A DNA stretch of 64,000 nt. Origin: Candidatus Latescibacterota bacterium. GTDB taxonomy: Bacteria > Latescibacterota > UBA2968 > UBA8231. Below, in pieces: positions 31,397-41,984 of this stretch. The notes under the pieces are model-generated. The model made no database searches. It had not been told where the DNA came from and saw nothing but the letters and a program-made list of their open reading frames with translations. The position numbers and the translations under genes are program-made. Numbering within the stretch: position 1 is the stretch's first letter; the number at the start of each line of letters is the position of its first letter. Location: the NCBI GenBank assembly GCA_965223905.1, contig CBDCXV010000010.1, positions 1,280,001-1,344,000 on the forward strand, written 5' to 3'.

Positions 31397-31904
31397 GTCC
31401 TCACGCATTGGGGATCACCGCATCGAGGCGCCAAAGCCCCTTTGAAGGCGGACCGTCTTCGTCCGTGAGCCGGTTCCAGATTCCCGAACCCGACTTCCGG
31501 AGAAAAGACCTTTCCGATGAGGATCGTCGCTGACCCCGGGGCCGATTACCGGGGCCCTGGTCGGGAACGCCTATGACCGGTGCGCGCTGGGGTACGCGAG
31601 GCAGCGGTCCCCCACTCCCGGACCAGAACTCGGCCTGATCACCGAGGACCTGGAGCCTGGTTCTATATAGTTCCCGGATTCTTCTGAAGTAAACCTACCA
31701 GCCGAAGGCGTAGCCGATGCTCCCCTTGGCCCAAGCCGCCCCGGAAATCACCCCGGATTCCCCGTCGCGGCGGATCGCCAGCACCTTTAGAATGAATTAT
31801 TCACAAAATCGCTAAGTTGAGCAGGATGGACTCGATGTTTAAGTGTCCCGTTCCTTTTGTGCTCGTGTGCCTGTCGAATCCAGGTTTCGCATCAAACTTG
31901 GGGG

Positions 31905-32205
31905 TTCGATCCGGGATGTTGGTGGTGACAAAGCGAGGATTGGCTTTGCCCTGGGTAACCTCGGCCTTGTAGAGGATGCGCTGCGGGCGCTTCCAGCTCT
32001 TGGCTTGGTAGTCGAAACTGGTAAAGAGCCGCACCGGCTCCTCTTCGGCGCCCTCCTCGGCTTGCGCCAGCGCCTGCTCCATCAGCGGCGCCCCGAGTTC
32101 GTGCAGCTTGCAGTTGGGAGCCTGGCCCAGGATAAACGACAGGCCGTACTCTTCGCACACCTCGTGGACCTCCGGGGTGCTGAAGTGCGAGTCGCCCCGC
32201 AAGCA
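31905..32205 (-). mobile_element. IS1380-family transposase fragment
   Basis: LRGDSHFSTPE, FDYQAKSW..P.RILYKAE, NPRFVTTN. Confidence 0.8.
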
Positions 32206-32314
32206 ACTGACGCTGTTCAACGCCGGTCTGCAGCCCGGCCCTGCTCTACGACCTGGGACGGGACGCCGACTGGGCGTACTGGTTCGCCCGCCAGGGCCAG
32301 TCCACGCCCGACCG

Positions 32315-32412
32315 GAAGACCTGCGCATGGATCCACCCGGGCGGTGGGATCGTTCTGCGCGCTTGTCCGGGCCGAGGGCATCCGCATAGCCGACCGTCGC
32401 CCGCAGCCGCTT
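32315..32412 (-). repeat. Orphan fragment of the giant-protein repeat module
   Basis: Near-identical to 20846-20944 (RLRATVGYADALGPDKRA). Confidence 0.85.
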
Positions 32413-32611
32413 ATCCTGCCTGCTATGCGCTCGCCGAAGACCACTTCGAAATCTTTCTCCTGGCTGAGCAGCAGTCCCCCCGGATGGTCTCGCCCGCGGG
32501 CAATCGGTGATCGGCCGCCAGAAGGCTTCCGGAGGCTTGCTCGCGGGCAAGCTTTCAGTCCACATCCCACCGCCGGCCCGCTCCCCGCTATATTCGGTAA
32601 CAGGAGAGGCC

Positions 32612-35182
32612 ATGACAGTCGAAACACGCGATCCGGTCTGCGGCATGACCGTGAACCCGGACAAGGCCCGGTTCACGCACGACTACGAGGGCACGACCTA
32701 CCTGTTCTGCTGCGGCGGGTGCCAGGCGGCTTTCCGGAACGATCCGGAGGCCTTCCTGCGTGCGCCCGACGAGACCGCAGGGAGTGGCGCGGCCCATCAG
32801 GGTCACGCGCCCGAGAGTCATGACACTCCCTGCCATGACCACGCGTCGCACGGCTCGGCAGCGGTGGCCGGCGGTCACACCGGGCACATAGCCGGAGCTT
32901 CAGGGGCGTCCGCCGCCGCCTACGTCTGCCCGATGTGTCCCGACGTGCGCGAGACCGAGCCTGTGCCCTGCCCCAGCTGCGGCATGGCGCTGGAGCCGGA
33001 GTACACCGCGGCGCCGGCGGCAACGGTCGAGTACACCTGTCCGATGCACCCGGAGGTCGTGGGCGCCGGGCCGGGGGCGTGTCCGGCGTGCGGCATGGCG
33101 CTCGAGCCGCGCGCGGTGACGCAGGACGAGGCGCCCAATCCCGAGCTGGCCGACATGGCGCGCCGTTTCCGGATCGGGGCGGCGATCGGGCTGCCGGTGT
33201 TCGCCCTGGCGATGGCGGAGATGGTCGCTGGGGCGTCGGCGCTGCCGCTGAGCCGCACCGTCTCGAACTGGATCCAGCTCGCCTGCGCCGCGCCGGTCGT
33301 GCTCTGGGCGGGACGGCCGTTCTTCGAGCGGGGGTGGGCGTCGATCGTGAACCGCAGCCCGAACATGTTCACGCTGATCGCGCTCGGCGTCGGCGCGGCG
33401 TTCCTCTACAGCGCAGCGGCCACCGTGGTCCCGGGCAGCTTTCCGGCCGGATTCCGGATGGGGGGCGGCGTCGAGCCCTACTTCGACACCGCGGTGGTCA
33501 TCACCGTGCTCGTGCTGCTCGGGCAGGTGCTGGAGCTGCGCGCGCGCCAGCGGACCGGCGCCGCGCTGCGGGGGCTGCTCGGTCTCGCCCCTCCGGTCGC
33601 CCACCGGATCGGCGGCGGCGACGCGACAGGTGACGATGCGGCGGCGCTGGCCGCGGCCGCTCACGAGGATGTGCCGCTCTCCGAGGTGCGGGCCGGGGAC
33701 CGGTTGCGGGTTCTGCCCGGAGAGCGCCTGCCGGTGGACGGAATCGTGGTCGACGGGCGCAGCGCGGTCGACGAGTCGATGGTCAGCGGCGAGCCGATCC
33801 CGGTCGAGAAGGGGCCGGGCGACGCGGTGATCGGCGCCACGCTGAACGGCACGGGGAGCCTGACGATGCGCGCCGAGCGGGTCGGCGCGGAGACGCTGCT
33901 GGCGCAGATCGTCCGGATGGTGAGCGACGCCCAACGCAGCCGCGCGCCGATTCAGCGGGTGGCGGACCGCCTGGCTCGCTATCTGGTGCCGGCCGTCGTC
34001 ACCGTCGCCGCGGCGGCGTTCGCCGGGTGGGCGCTGTGGGGCCCGGAGCCGCGTCTGGCCCTCGGGCTGGTCAGCGCCGTTGCCGTGCTGATCATCGCCT
34101 GTCCGTGTGCACTCGGACTGGCGACGCCGATGGCGATCATGGTCGGCACCGGTCGCGGGGCGACGGCAGGGGTGCTGATTCGGGATGCGGCGGCGCTGGA
34201 GACGCTGGAGCGGGTCGATACGCTGATCGTCGACAAGACCGGCACCCTCACCGAGGGCAGGCCGCGCGTCCGCACAGTGGCGACCGCCCCCGGAGCCGCA
34301 CTGGACGAAGGAGAGCTCCTGCGCCTGGCGGCCGGGGTGGAGCGCGCCAGCGAGCACCCGCTGGCCGCGGCGATCATCGCGGAGGCCGACGCCCGCGGCT
34401 TGCCGCCCGTGGTCGCGGCCGACTTCACGTCGGAGACCGGGCGCGGAGTGGCGGGGCGGGTCGGCGGCCGGCAGGTCGTCGTCGGCACAGCGGCGTTCCT
34501 GGAGACGCAGGAGATCGACGCGCGCGATCTGGCGCTGCAGGCCGAGGAGGCGCGCGGGCGCGGTGAAACGGTGGTGCTCGTGGCGGTGGACGGGGCTCAC
34601 GGCGGGGTCATCGGGGTCGTCGATCCAGTCAAGGCGTCGACCCCGGAGGCGATCGGAATGCTGCGGCGCGAGGGGTTGCGAATCGTGATGGCGACCGGCG
34701 ACAGCCGCGCGACCGCCGGGGCGGTGGCCGCACAGGTCGGGATCGATCCAGCGGACGTCGTGGCCGAGGTGCTTCCGGCCGACAAGCGCCGCCTCGTGGC
34801 GGACGAGCAGGCGCGCGGGCGGATCGTGGCGATGGCGGGCGACGGCATCAACGACGCGCCGGCCCTGGCCGAGGCCGCCGTCGGCATCGCCATGGGGACC
34901 GGCACGGACGTCGCGATGGAGAGCGCCGGCGTCACCCTCGTCCGGGGCGATCTGCGGGCAATTGCGCGGGCGCGGCGGCTCAGCCGGTCGACGATGCGCA
35001 ACATCCGCCAGAACCTGGCCCTGGCGTTCGTCTACAACGCGGTCGGGGTCCCGGTGGCTGCGGGTCTGCTCTACCCCGTGATCGGCCTGCTCATCAGCCC
35101 GATCTGGGCGAGCGCGGCGATGACCCTGAGCTCGCTGTCGGTGGTCTGGAACGCCCTGCGCCTGCGGCGGATCGAGTTGTAG
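32612..35182 (+). CDS. copA: Cu(I)-translocating P1B-type ATPase with YHS and two heavy-metal-binding domains
   Basis: DPVCGM..FCC..C (YHS), YxCPM motif twice, [23 protein letters not shown] and MxxSS TM ligands. Confidence 0.93.
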   Translation: MTVETRDPVCGMTVNPDKARFTHDYEGTTYLFCCGGCQAAFRNDPEAFLRAPDETAGSGAAHQGHAPESHDTPCHDHASHGSAAVAGGHTGHIAGASGASAAAYVCPMCPDVRETEPVPCPSCGMALEPEYTAAPAATVEYTCPMHPEVVGAGPGACPACGMALEPRAVTQDEAPNPELADMARRFRIGAAIGLPVFALAMAEMVAGASALPLSRTVSNWIQLACAAPVVLWAGRPFFERGWASIVNRSPNMFTLIALGVGAAFLYSAAATVVPGSFPAGFRMGGGVEPYFDTAVVITVLVLLGQVLELRARQRTGAALRGLLGLAPPVAHRIGGGDATGDDAAALAAAAHEDVPLSEVRAGDRLRVLPGERLPVDGIVVDGRSAVDESMVSGEPIPVEKGPGDAVIGATLNGTGSLTMRAERVGAETLLAQIVRMVSDAQRSRAPIQRVADRLARYLVPAVVTVAAAAFAGWALWGPEPRLALGLVSAVAVLIIACPCALGLATPMAIMVGTGRGATAGVLIRDAAALETLERVDTLIVDKTGTLTEGRPRVRTVATAPGAALDEGELLRLAAGVERASEHPLAAAIIAEADARGLPPVVAADFTSETGRGVAGRVGGRQVVVGTAAFLETQEIDARDLALQAEEARGRGETVVLVAVDGAHGGVIGVVDPVKASTPEAIGMLRREGLRIVMATGDSRATAGAVAAQVGIDPADVVAEVLPADKRRLVADEQARGRIVAMAGDGINDAPALAEAAVGIAMGTGTDVAMESAGVTLVRGDLRAIARARRLSRSTMRNIRQNLALAFVYNAVGVPVAAGLLYPVIGLLISPIWASAAMTLSSLSVVWNALRLRRIEL

Positions 35183-35280
35183 GGCGGCCGGCTCCGTCTC
35201 AGCCTCGGCGCGCAGGGATGGCGTCGATTCGCTTGCTGAAGACACCGTGGGTGGACGGCACCTCACCAAAGAGGAAAGCA

Positions 35281-35835
35281 ATGGAACCGAAACACCTCTC
35301 GTCACCGGAGCTGAACGAGCTCGCGCACATTCGCCAATCGCCTGCCGATGAGGGAAGGCTGCTGCTGATCTCGCGACGGCCACAGATCGGTGAGCGCGAA
35401 CTTCTGCGGGAAGGGAAGCTCGACGTTGACGAGGGATTGGTGGGGGACAACTGGCGGACCCGGGGCGAACTGGCGACACCTCCGCGCGACGCCAACCCGG
35501 ATGCGCAGGTGACCGTCATGAACGCTCGCGTCGCCGATCTGGTCGCCGGCAGCCGGGAGCGCTGGCCGCTGGCGGGCGATCAGCTGTTCATCGACCTCGA
35601 CCTCAGTCTCGACAACCTGCCGGCGGGGACGCGGCTCGCCATCGGCTCGGCGGTTCTGGAGGTCACGCCCGTTCCGCACACGGGCTGCAAGAAATTCGTC
35701 GAGCGTTTCGGCCTGGATGCGATGCTTTTCGTCAACTCCGACGAAGGCAGGCAGATGTGCCTGCGCGGCATCAACACGCGGGTCGTCGAGAGCGGAGCGA
35801 TCCGTGTCGGAGACCGGGTCACCAGGCAGCGGTGA
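35281..35835 (+). CDS. MOSC-domain protein
   Basis: GLVGDNW, AGDQL..DLDLS, PHTGCKKF, RGINTRVV..G.IRVGD. Confidence 0.85.
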   Translation: MEPKHLSSPELNELAHIRQSPADEGRLLLISRRPQIGERELLREGKLDVDEGLVGDNWRTRGELATPPRDANPDAQVTVMNARVADLVAGSRERWPLAGDQLFIDLDLSLDNLPAGTRLAIGSAVLEVTPVPHTGCKKFVERFGLDAMLFVNSDEGRQMCLRGINTRVVESGAIRVGDRVTRQR

Positions 35836-35926
35836 TCCGCCCCTCGTGCGGGCGCCGTAGGGCGCGGCTCCCGCTGTTTGTTCAGGACGCTGTCATCATC
35901 GCCCGAACAGATGACGCGAGGTTACC

Positions 35927-37531
35927 ATGCGATCCCGACCCCGGCCCAACATTCTCTGGATTTCGTTTGAAGACACCGGTCCGTTCTACGGGTGCTACGG
36001 CGATCCGGTAGCGCGTACCCCGAACATGGACCGCTTCGCCGCCCAAGGGTGGCGGTGGACGAACTGTTTCTCCACGGCGGGGGTATGCGCGCCGGCCCGT
36101 TCGGCGATCATCACCGGGATGTATTCCATCTCCATCGGCACCCACCACATGCGGACCACGCACGTCCATCCCGCCGCCCCCGAAATGCCCACGCCCTATT
36201 CCGCGGTGGTTCCCCACTACGTCAAGTGCTTCACCGAATACCTGCGCGCCGCCGGCTACTACTGCACGAACAACGCAAAGACCGACTACCAGTTCGAGCC
36301 GCCGTTGACGGCCTGGGACGAGCTCGGAGCGCACGCCCACTGGCGCAACCGCCCCGATCCGGAACAACCGTTCTTCGCGGTGTTCAACCTCGTGCGCAGC
36401 CACGAGAGCGGGGCCTGGCCGGAAAGGTGTCCTTCACCGGAGTTCGATCCCGGCGACATCCGACCGCCGCCCTATCTCCCGGACACGCCGGCAGTGCGGG
36501 AAGCCATGGCGCGCATGTACAAGCACATCGCCCACAACGACCGGGAATTCGCATCGCTCCTTGGCCAGCTGGAAGAGGACGGGCTCGCGGAAAACACCTG
36601 GGTATTCAACTGGAGCGACCACGGCCCCCTGCCCCGCGGCAAACGCTGGCCCTACGACGCGGGCATCCACGTGCCGCTGATCGTTCGGGGACCGGGCCTG
36701 GAACCGGGCCAGGTACGGGATGAGCTGGTAAGCACCGTAGATCTCGGGCCCACCGTGCTCTCCCTGGCCGGCGTCGAGATCCCCCGCCACGTCCAGGGCC
36801 GCGCGTTCCTGGGAGATCAGGCCTGCCCCCCGCGCGATTACGTCCATGCCAGCAGGGACCGCCACGACGAGTCCTACGACATGGTCCGCGCCGTTCGCGA
36901 CCGCCGCTTCAAGTACATCCGGAACTACCGGCCGGACCTTCCCTACCTTGGCTGGATTCCCTACCGCAACCGCCATCCCATCGTCCAGGAGCTGTGGCGG
37001 CTGCACCTGGAGGAAGCGCTGGACGAGGCGCAGTCGGCCCTGTTCCGGTATCCGAGACCGGTCGAAGAGCTGTACGACACCGCCGCCGATCCCCACGAGA
37101 TCCGCAACCTGGCGGCCGATCCCCGGTGGCGGGACGAACTGCAGCGCATGCGTCGCGCGCTCGATGGCTGGCTGGACGAAGTGGGCGATATGGGCCGCAT
37201 ACCGGAGAGCGAAATGGTCCGGAACTGGTATGCGGGCGGCCGGCAGCCCGAAACCGCCCCCGTGGTATGCGTGCCGGTAAGCCCCGAAAGCCCGGGGATC
37301 GAACCGGCCCCGGAGGGGGGCACCTTCGCCGGCCCCATGCTGGTTCAGCTTCACTGTGCCACACAGGGCGCCTCCATCGCCTATACCCGCGACACGGAGG
37401 ACGGTCCGCGATGGCGGCTCTACACCGAACCGATCCGTCTGTCCTCAGGCAACCACCAGGTGCGGGCGCGCGCCATCCGCATCGGGTACGGGGAGAGCCG
37501 GGAGATCCGGGCGCGCTTTGTCGTGAGGTAA
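35927..37531 (+). CDS. Sulfatase with C-terminal Fn3-associated (CHB_HEX-like) domain
   Basis: RPNILW, CAPAR (CxPxR), SDHG, RGKR, EELYD...DPHE; C-terminal GASIAYT.D...LYTEPI. Confidence 0.92.
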   Translation: MRSRPRPNILWISFEDTGPFYGCYGDPVARTPNMDRFAAQGWRWTNCFSTAGVCAPARSAIITGMYSISIGTHHMRTTHVHPAAPEMPTPYSAVVPHYVKCFTEYLRAAGYYCTNNAKTDYQFEPPLTAWDELGAHAHWRNRPDPEQPFFAVFNLVRSHESGAWPERCPSPEFDPGDIRPPPYLPDTPAVREAMARMYKHIAHNDREFASLLGQLEEDGLAENTWVFNWSDHGPLPRGKRWPYDAGIHVPLIVRGPGLEPGQVRDELVSTVDLGPTVLSLAGVEIPRHVQGRAFLGDQACPPRDYVHASRDRHDESYDMVRAVRDRRFKYIRNYRPDLPYLGWIPYRNRHPIVQELWRLHLEEALDEAQSALFRYPRPVEELYDTAADPHEIRNLAADPRWRDELQRMRRALDGWLDEVGDMGRIPESEMVRNWYAGGRQPETAPVVCVPVSPESPGIEPAPEGGTFAGPMLVQLHCATQGASIAYTRDTEDGPRWRLYTEPIRLSSGNHQVRARAIRIGYGESREIRARFVVR

Positions 37532-37765
37532 TGCAGGGAAGAGCCGGTGAGCCTGGTATCGCACTCGGGCGTCGGCGAGACCGCGGCGCTGCGCATTCGG
37601 ATGTTCCAGGCCAAGTTATTCGCCTACCGGGTATGAGGAAGGGACCTGCGGATGGAGAGATGGCATTGAAATTTGGGGAGCGCTTTGCTATTGTGATGAG
37701 AACAGAGATATGACACAGCAACGATCCACATCTGCGGCATATATCGGTAGACCGGGGGACAATTC

Positions 37766-39355
37766 ATGAATTCTGAAAGGTGCCGGCCTCGTTTCTTTAG
37801 ATACAGGATTGTCAGTGCGAAGATCCGGTATAGCGCGACAGTTTTAACCGCGTTGACATTTCTATGCGGCTGCAGCGGCCATACGCTACAACGAAGCCTT
37901 GTAAAACCGGAGCAGATTCAGTCACTCGATGGCAATTCGCCCTTCTTGAAAGTGCACATGCGGGATGGACGGGTATATATTTTATCGTCGTGGACGGTCG
38001 ATCAAGAAACCCCAACAGTGACCGGAAGTGGAGATGTTCTCAGTGTAAACCGGGATGTTGTGGAGACGGGTCAATTCAGGATCTCGATCGATTCAGTGGC
38101 CATTTTCGAGACCAACGTTGTGCAGAGCTCGCCTGGTGTGGCGGCTTTGGCGGTCATCACCGGGGTATCGGTGGCTCTAACGACACACTGCCTTGCAAAT
38201 CCAAAGTCGTGTTTCGGCTCATGTCCGACGTTTTATGTTTCGGACGGTGATCAGCGCATTCTCGCGGCAGAAGGTTTCTCGGCGAGTGTTGCGCCATCCC
38301 TCGAAGCAGTGGACATCGATGCTTTGCATAGTGCGGAGCCTGCGGGTAGCCGTTTCGAAATCCGAATGAAAAATGAGGCACTTGAAACCCATGTAGTGCG
38401 CTACGCCCATCTGCTGGCGGTTGAACGGTTGTCCGGAGGGGGAGTCTTCGCAACGGCTGAGGGTGCTTTTTGGGGAACTGGGACCAGCGTGGCTCCAAGT
38501 GCGGCTTTTGGTCCGGAAGGAGATTGTCTGGCGGCACTTCAGGCCATCGACGGGCATGAGCGATTCAGTGAAGCGGATTCCGGGAATCTCGCCCAGCGGG
38601 AGACGCTTGAAATCGCATTCGACACCGTGCCCGACGGCGGAACTGGAGTGGTAATCGCCGCCCGGCAGACCTTGTTGAGCACCTTCCTTTTCTATCAGGC
38701 TTTAGCTTATATGGGTCGCTCGGCTGGGGAATGGACTGCGGCTCTTGAGAAGGGGGATAATGGCCTGCAAAGGCAGATGACTTTCGATCATCTACTTGGA
38801 GGGATTGAAGTGTTTTTACAGGAGGACAGGGGTAAGTGGGTTTCCATCGGTGAAATCAATGAGAGTGGGCCCCTAGCCACTGATATTCACCTCGTTAAAT
38901 TGCCGCATGTCGAGCGTAAACGACTGAAGATGCGGCTGCGTCTGACACGTGGGCATTGGCGTCTCGACGCGGTTGGGTTGGTTGAATTAGGCCGACAACT
39001 CAGCCCGATGCGACTGCGTCCAGACGAAGTGCATCGCAACGGAATCGATGACCCTCGGGCAAAGCAGTTGTTGGCTGGGACAGACGCGGTTCTGACAGCG
39101 TTTCCGGGTGATGTGTACACCCTCGTTTACCATCTCCCGGAAGATTTTGAGAGGTATGAACTTTTCCTCGAGAGCCGCGGTTACTATCTCGAATGGATTC
39201 GCGAAGAATGGCTAGCGGATGAAAATCCTGCGCTCGCCGCGATGATGTTGTTCAACCCCGGATCTGCTCTCCGTTTGCTGGCCCCGGAGTTCAAGAAAGT
39301 CGAAGCCACCATGGAAGAACTGTTTTGGAACAGTCGCTATGAGCTGTCTCAATAG
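37766..39355 (+). CDS. Hypothetical lipoprotein
   Basis: Lipobox LCGC, NPKSCFGSCPTFY motif, 529-aa ORF, lower GC. Confidence 0.7.
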   Translation: MNSERCRPRFFRYRIVSAKIRYSATVLTALTFLCGCSGHTLQRSLVKPEQIQSLDGNSPFLKVHMRDGRVYILSSWTVDQETPTVTGSGDVLSVNRDVVETGQFRISIDSVAIFETNVVQSSPGVAALAVITGVSVALTTHCLANPKSCFGSCPTFYVSDGDQRILAAEGFSASVAPSLEAVDIDALHSAEPAGSRFEIRMKNEALETHVVRYAHLLAVERLSGGGVFATAEGAFWGTGTSVAPSAAFGPEGDCLAALQAIDGHERFSEADSGNLAQRETLEIAFDTVPDGGTGVVIAARQTLLSTFLFYQALAYMGRSAGEWTAALEKGDNGLQRQMTFDHLLGGIEVFLQEDRGKWVSIGEINESGPLATDIHLVKLPHVERKRLKMRLRLTRGHWRLDAVGLVELGRQLSPMRLRPDEVHRNGIDDPRAKQLLAGTDAVLTAFPGDVYTLVYHLPEDFERYELFLESRGYYLEWIREEWLADENPALAAMMLFNPGSALRLLAPEFKKVEATMEELFWNSRYELSQ

Positions 39356-40391
39356 GTACACGATTCTCCCGATCTCTGTTCTGACGCTTCATGTAGGGGG
39401 ATGTGCGACCACGACCGCTCCGCCAGGATGGCTTCCGTCCCCGCCTGTCGCACAATCCGACGGTTTCGGGGGTTGGATATCCGTCAAGTACGACACAGAA
39501 AATTCGAAAGCAGAGGAGCACGGAGAGTTGATTGCAGTGGGCTCCAACCAAATTTATGTTTTAACAGCGGAGGAGTTGCTTTCAATTTCGACCAGCAAGA
39601 TTTCTCATTTTAAACTAACGGCTTATGATTCAAACTCGCGTAGGCTCTCAGGTTGGACGCTTCTGGGTACACTGTCGGCCTATTCTCATGGGTGGGGGGC
39701 GATTTTGTCCTGGCCAGTTTGGATTATCGGGGGCAGCCTCTCGACGAGAGCTCAATCCCTCGCACCGGTCAGGTATTATACACCTTCGTTGGACGAGTTA
39801 CGCGCCTATGCGCGTTTTCCACAAGGTTTGTATGAAGAGAAGAGCTTGCGATCGCTGAAACCCAAGCCCGGGCCTTATCCGCTAGCTCAGCGGTCTTTTT
39901 CCCAGGTTCCCGGTCACCACGATGGGTTCCATTTCCGGCTTTCATCGGGAATCGGGCCCGCATCCGGAATAGGTGGCCACATCAGTAGTATGAAGATTGA
40001 GGCAGGATATGCGGTCGTCGACAATCTCATTTTCAATGTGCAGCTATTTGCGAGTGGTGGCCAGCAGATACGGGTTCCTGTCAGCGGGATCGGGCTTGGA
40101 ACAACTTACTACATCCTGCCGGCCAATTTTTATTTTTCCGGAACAATTGCCCTAGCACAAGGGACTACAGATGACTGGCTGGAACAAAGCGGTACCGCTT
40201 ATGCCGTAAACGTCGCGGTAGGCCGCGAATGGTGGGTGACCAAAAATTGGGCGCTTGGGACAGGGGGGCAGTTATTGCACACCGTTGTCCCCGTCGAGTA
40301 TAGCCGGCACAACCCTGTTCAGCTTAGAGGAAAGAAATTCGATTCGAAGGCCACCAGCATCGGACTCCTCTTCACTGTTTCCTTCAACTGA
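39339..40391 (+). CDS. Hypothetical lipoprotein with C-terminal outer-membrane beta-barrel-like region
   Basis: Lipobox VGGC; C-terminal amphipathic strands (HDGFHFRL, VGREWWV, ending FTVSFN). Confidence 0.6.
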   Translation: MSCLNRYTILPISVLTLHVGGCATTTAPPGWLPSPPVAQSDGFGGWISVKYDTENSKAEEHGELIAVGSNQIYVLTAEELLSISTSKISHFKLTAYDSNSRRLSGWTLLGTLSAYSHGWGAILSWPVWIIGGSLSTRAQSLAPVRYYTPSLDELRAYARFPQGLYEEKSLRSLKPKPGPYPLAQRSFSQVPGHHDGFHFRLSSGIGPASGIGGHISSMKIEAGYAVVDNLIFNVQLFASGGQQIRVPVSGIGLGTTYYILPANFYFSGTIALAQGTTDDWLEQSGTAYAVNVAVGREWWVTKNWALGTGGQLLHTVVPVEYSRHNPVQLRGKKFDSKATSIGLLFTVSFN

Positions 40392-40540
40392 TAATGTTTC
40401 GTTTCCCCTTCTGCGGGCTTATGTACCGAGCCCCCGTCAGGACGAGGCGGAGCCGGCAAGCCGACATCCCGTCCAGGAACGGGGCGCCCTGCAGGACACT
40501 GTTCGGGGACCGCGACGATGACCGGGAGGAGATCGAAGGA

Positions 40541-41257
40541 ATGACAGCGAGCAAGGATGCCGCAGACCTGCGCAGCGTGGACAGCTGCGAGGTGATCAAG
40601 GGGGTGGTGGCGCTCCTGTTCACCCCGTTCAGCGACGGCGGAACCCGCTTCGACGCCGCCGGCATGCGCCGCCAGCTCGACTTCGTGCTTGGGTCGGGGG
40701 TGTCGTCGGTGGTCGCCTGCGGCAAGGCGGGGGAGTTCGAGGGGCAGACTCTCGAGGAAATCGAGGAGGTGCTAGCCACGGTGCTGGAACACGTGAGCGG
40801 CCGTGTCCCCGTGGGCATGGGCATCATCAGCGTGGAGGAGGACCGCGGCCTGCCCGCGGCGGAGCTGGCGGCCCGGTGCGGCGCCGACTTCGCCATGACC
40901 GAGAAGCTGACCAGGGCGGGTCTGCACGGCTTCTTCAGCCAGATCGCCGAACGGATCCCCGTGATGCTCTACGACCAGACCAACGAAGGCAGCCTTGACG
41001 TGGACGGCGAAGTGCTGCCGCTGGTAGCCGCCATCGAGGGGATCATGACCGTCAAGGTGAGCGGCAACGTGTACTCCTTCGACCGGCTCAAGGGCGCGGC
41101 CCCGCAAGCGGCCTACATCTGCGGCTGGGACGCCTTCTCGCTGCCCGCCTACGTCTCCGGCGCCGACGGCGTGCCGGCAGCGCGGCCGTCATGCCGGATC
41201 GCTTACCGCACCCCGGACCCCTACGCCTTCTCCGTGTGCAAGCACATCCTGCACTGA
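40541..41257 (+). pseudogene. Dihydrodipicolinate-synthase-family aldolase, C-terminally degenerate
   Basis: GVVALLFTPF, G..GEF, GRVPV, VMLYD, VKVS; homology breaks after GADG. Confidence 0.7.
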
Positions 41258-41469
41258 AAGGGCCTGTTTGATTCACCCTTGGTCCGGCCGCCCTACGCAA
41301 ACGCCCCGACCTGGCTGCAGCGGGAACTGCGCGAGCTGGCCTAGCAGCTCGGGCTGCTCGACGGGGCCTGAACGCGTGGCTGCTTTCGCCCCACCCGCTA
41401 AACCAGGCCCTAAAAGAGCTGTGTGTTGGTGCTTGGTGCTGAACCGTTCGCGAGAGTCGGCCCGGCAAG

Positions 41470-41750
41470 CTCGAAGCTCCCGCAAATGGAAGCCGAAATC
41501 ATTCTCGAAGCACCGGATGGGCGAATCATCATGGATGCCAAGTACAACCAGGAGGCATTAGGAGGCCGTTACGGCGGGAAGTTGCATCCGAACAATCTCT
41601 ACCAGCTCTGGCCTACCTGAGAAACCGCGAGGCCACCGCAGCCCCAGGGCCGAAGCACGAAGGGATCCTGCTGTATCCGACAGTCGTCGTTCCCGAGGCG
41701 GGGTCGACCTCTGCCTGGAAGGCTTCTCGATCCGAACTAGGAGCATCGGG
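41470..41750 (+). pseudogene. mcrC: McrC-like restriction component, C-terminal fragment
   Basis: LPQME..I, IMDAKY, KLH..NLYQL, then frameshifted AYLRN..HEGILLYPTV. Confidence 0.75.
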
Positions 41751-41984
41751 ATTTGGTCAAGAAGAAGGTAACGGTCAGTGGCGATGTGCCAGCGGCTCTG
41801 ATGAGCGCCCCGGAGGCTGCGGCGCTGATGGAGTCGCTCGACGGTGTGGTCTATACCACGCCGTGCAGGGATTTGGTGGCAAAGCATGCGCCGAGATCTC
41901 TTGTCACACAGGAATTGATCTACGAACCCGTTCCAGACGATCTCGCTCGTCTGAAAGAGGAACTTCTCACCTAAGAACAAAGGA

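Noticed and set aside
31510-31660. Possible methyltransferase N-terminal remnant
   Set aside because: Too short and frameshifted to support a call.
32900-35479. Long antisense or alternate-frame ORFs (also 1913-3802, 19478-21571, 47518-49110)
   Set aside because: GC-rich shadow frames overlapping well-supported genes, with no recognisable motifs.
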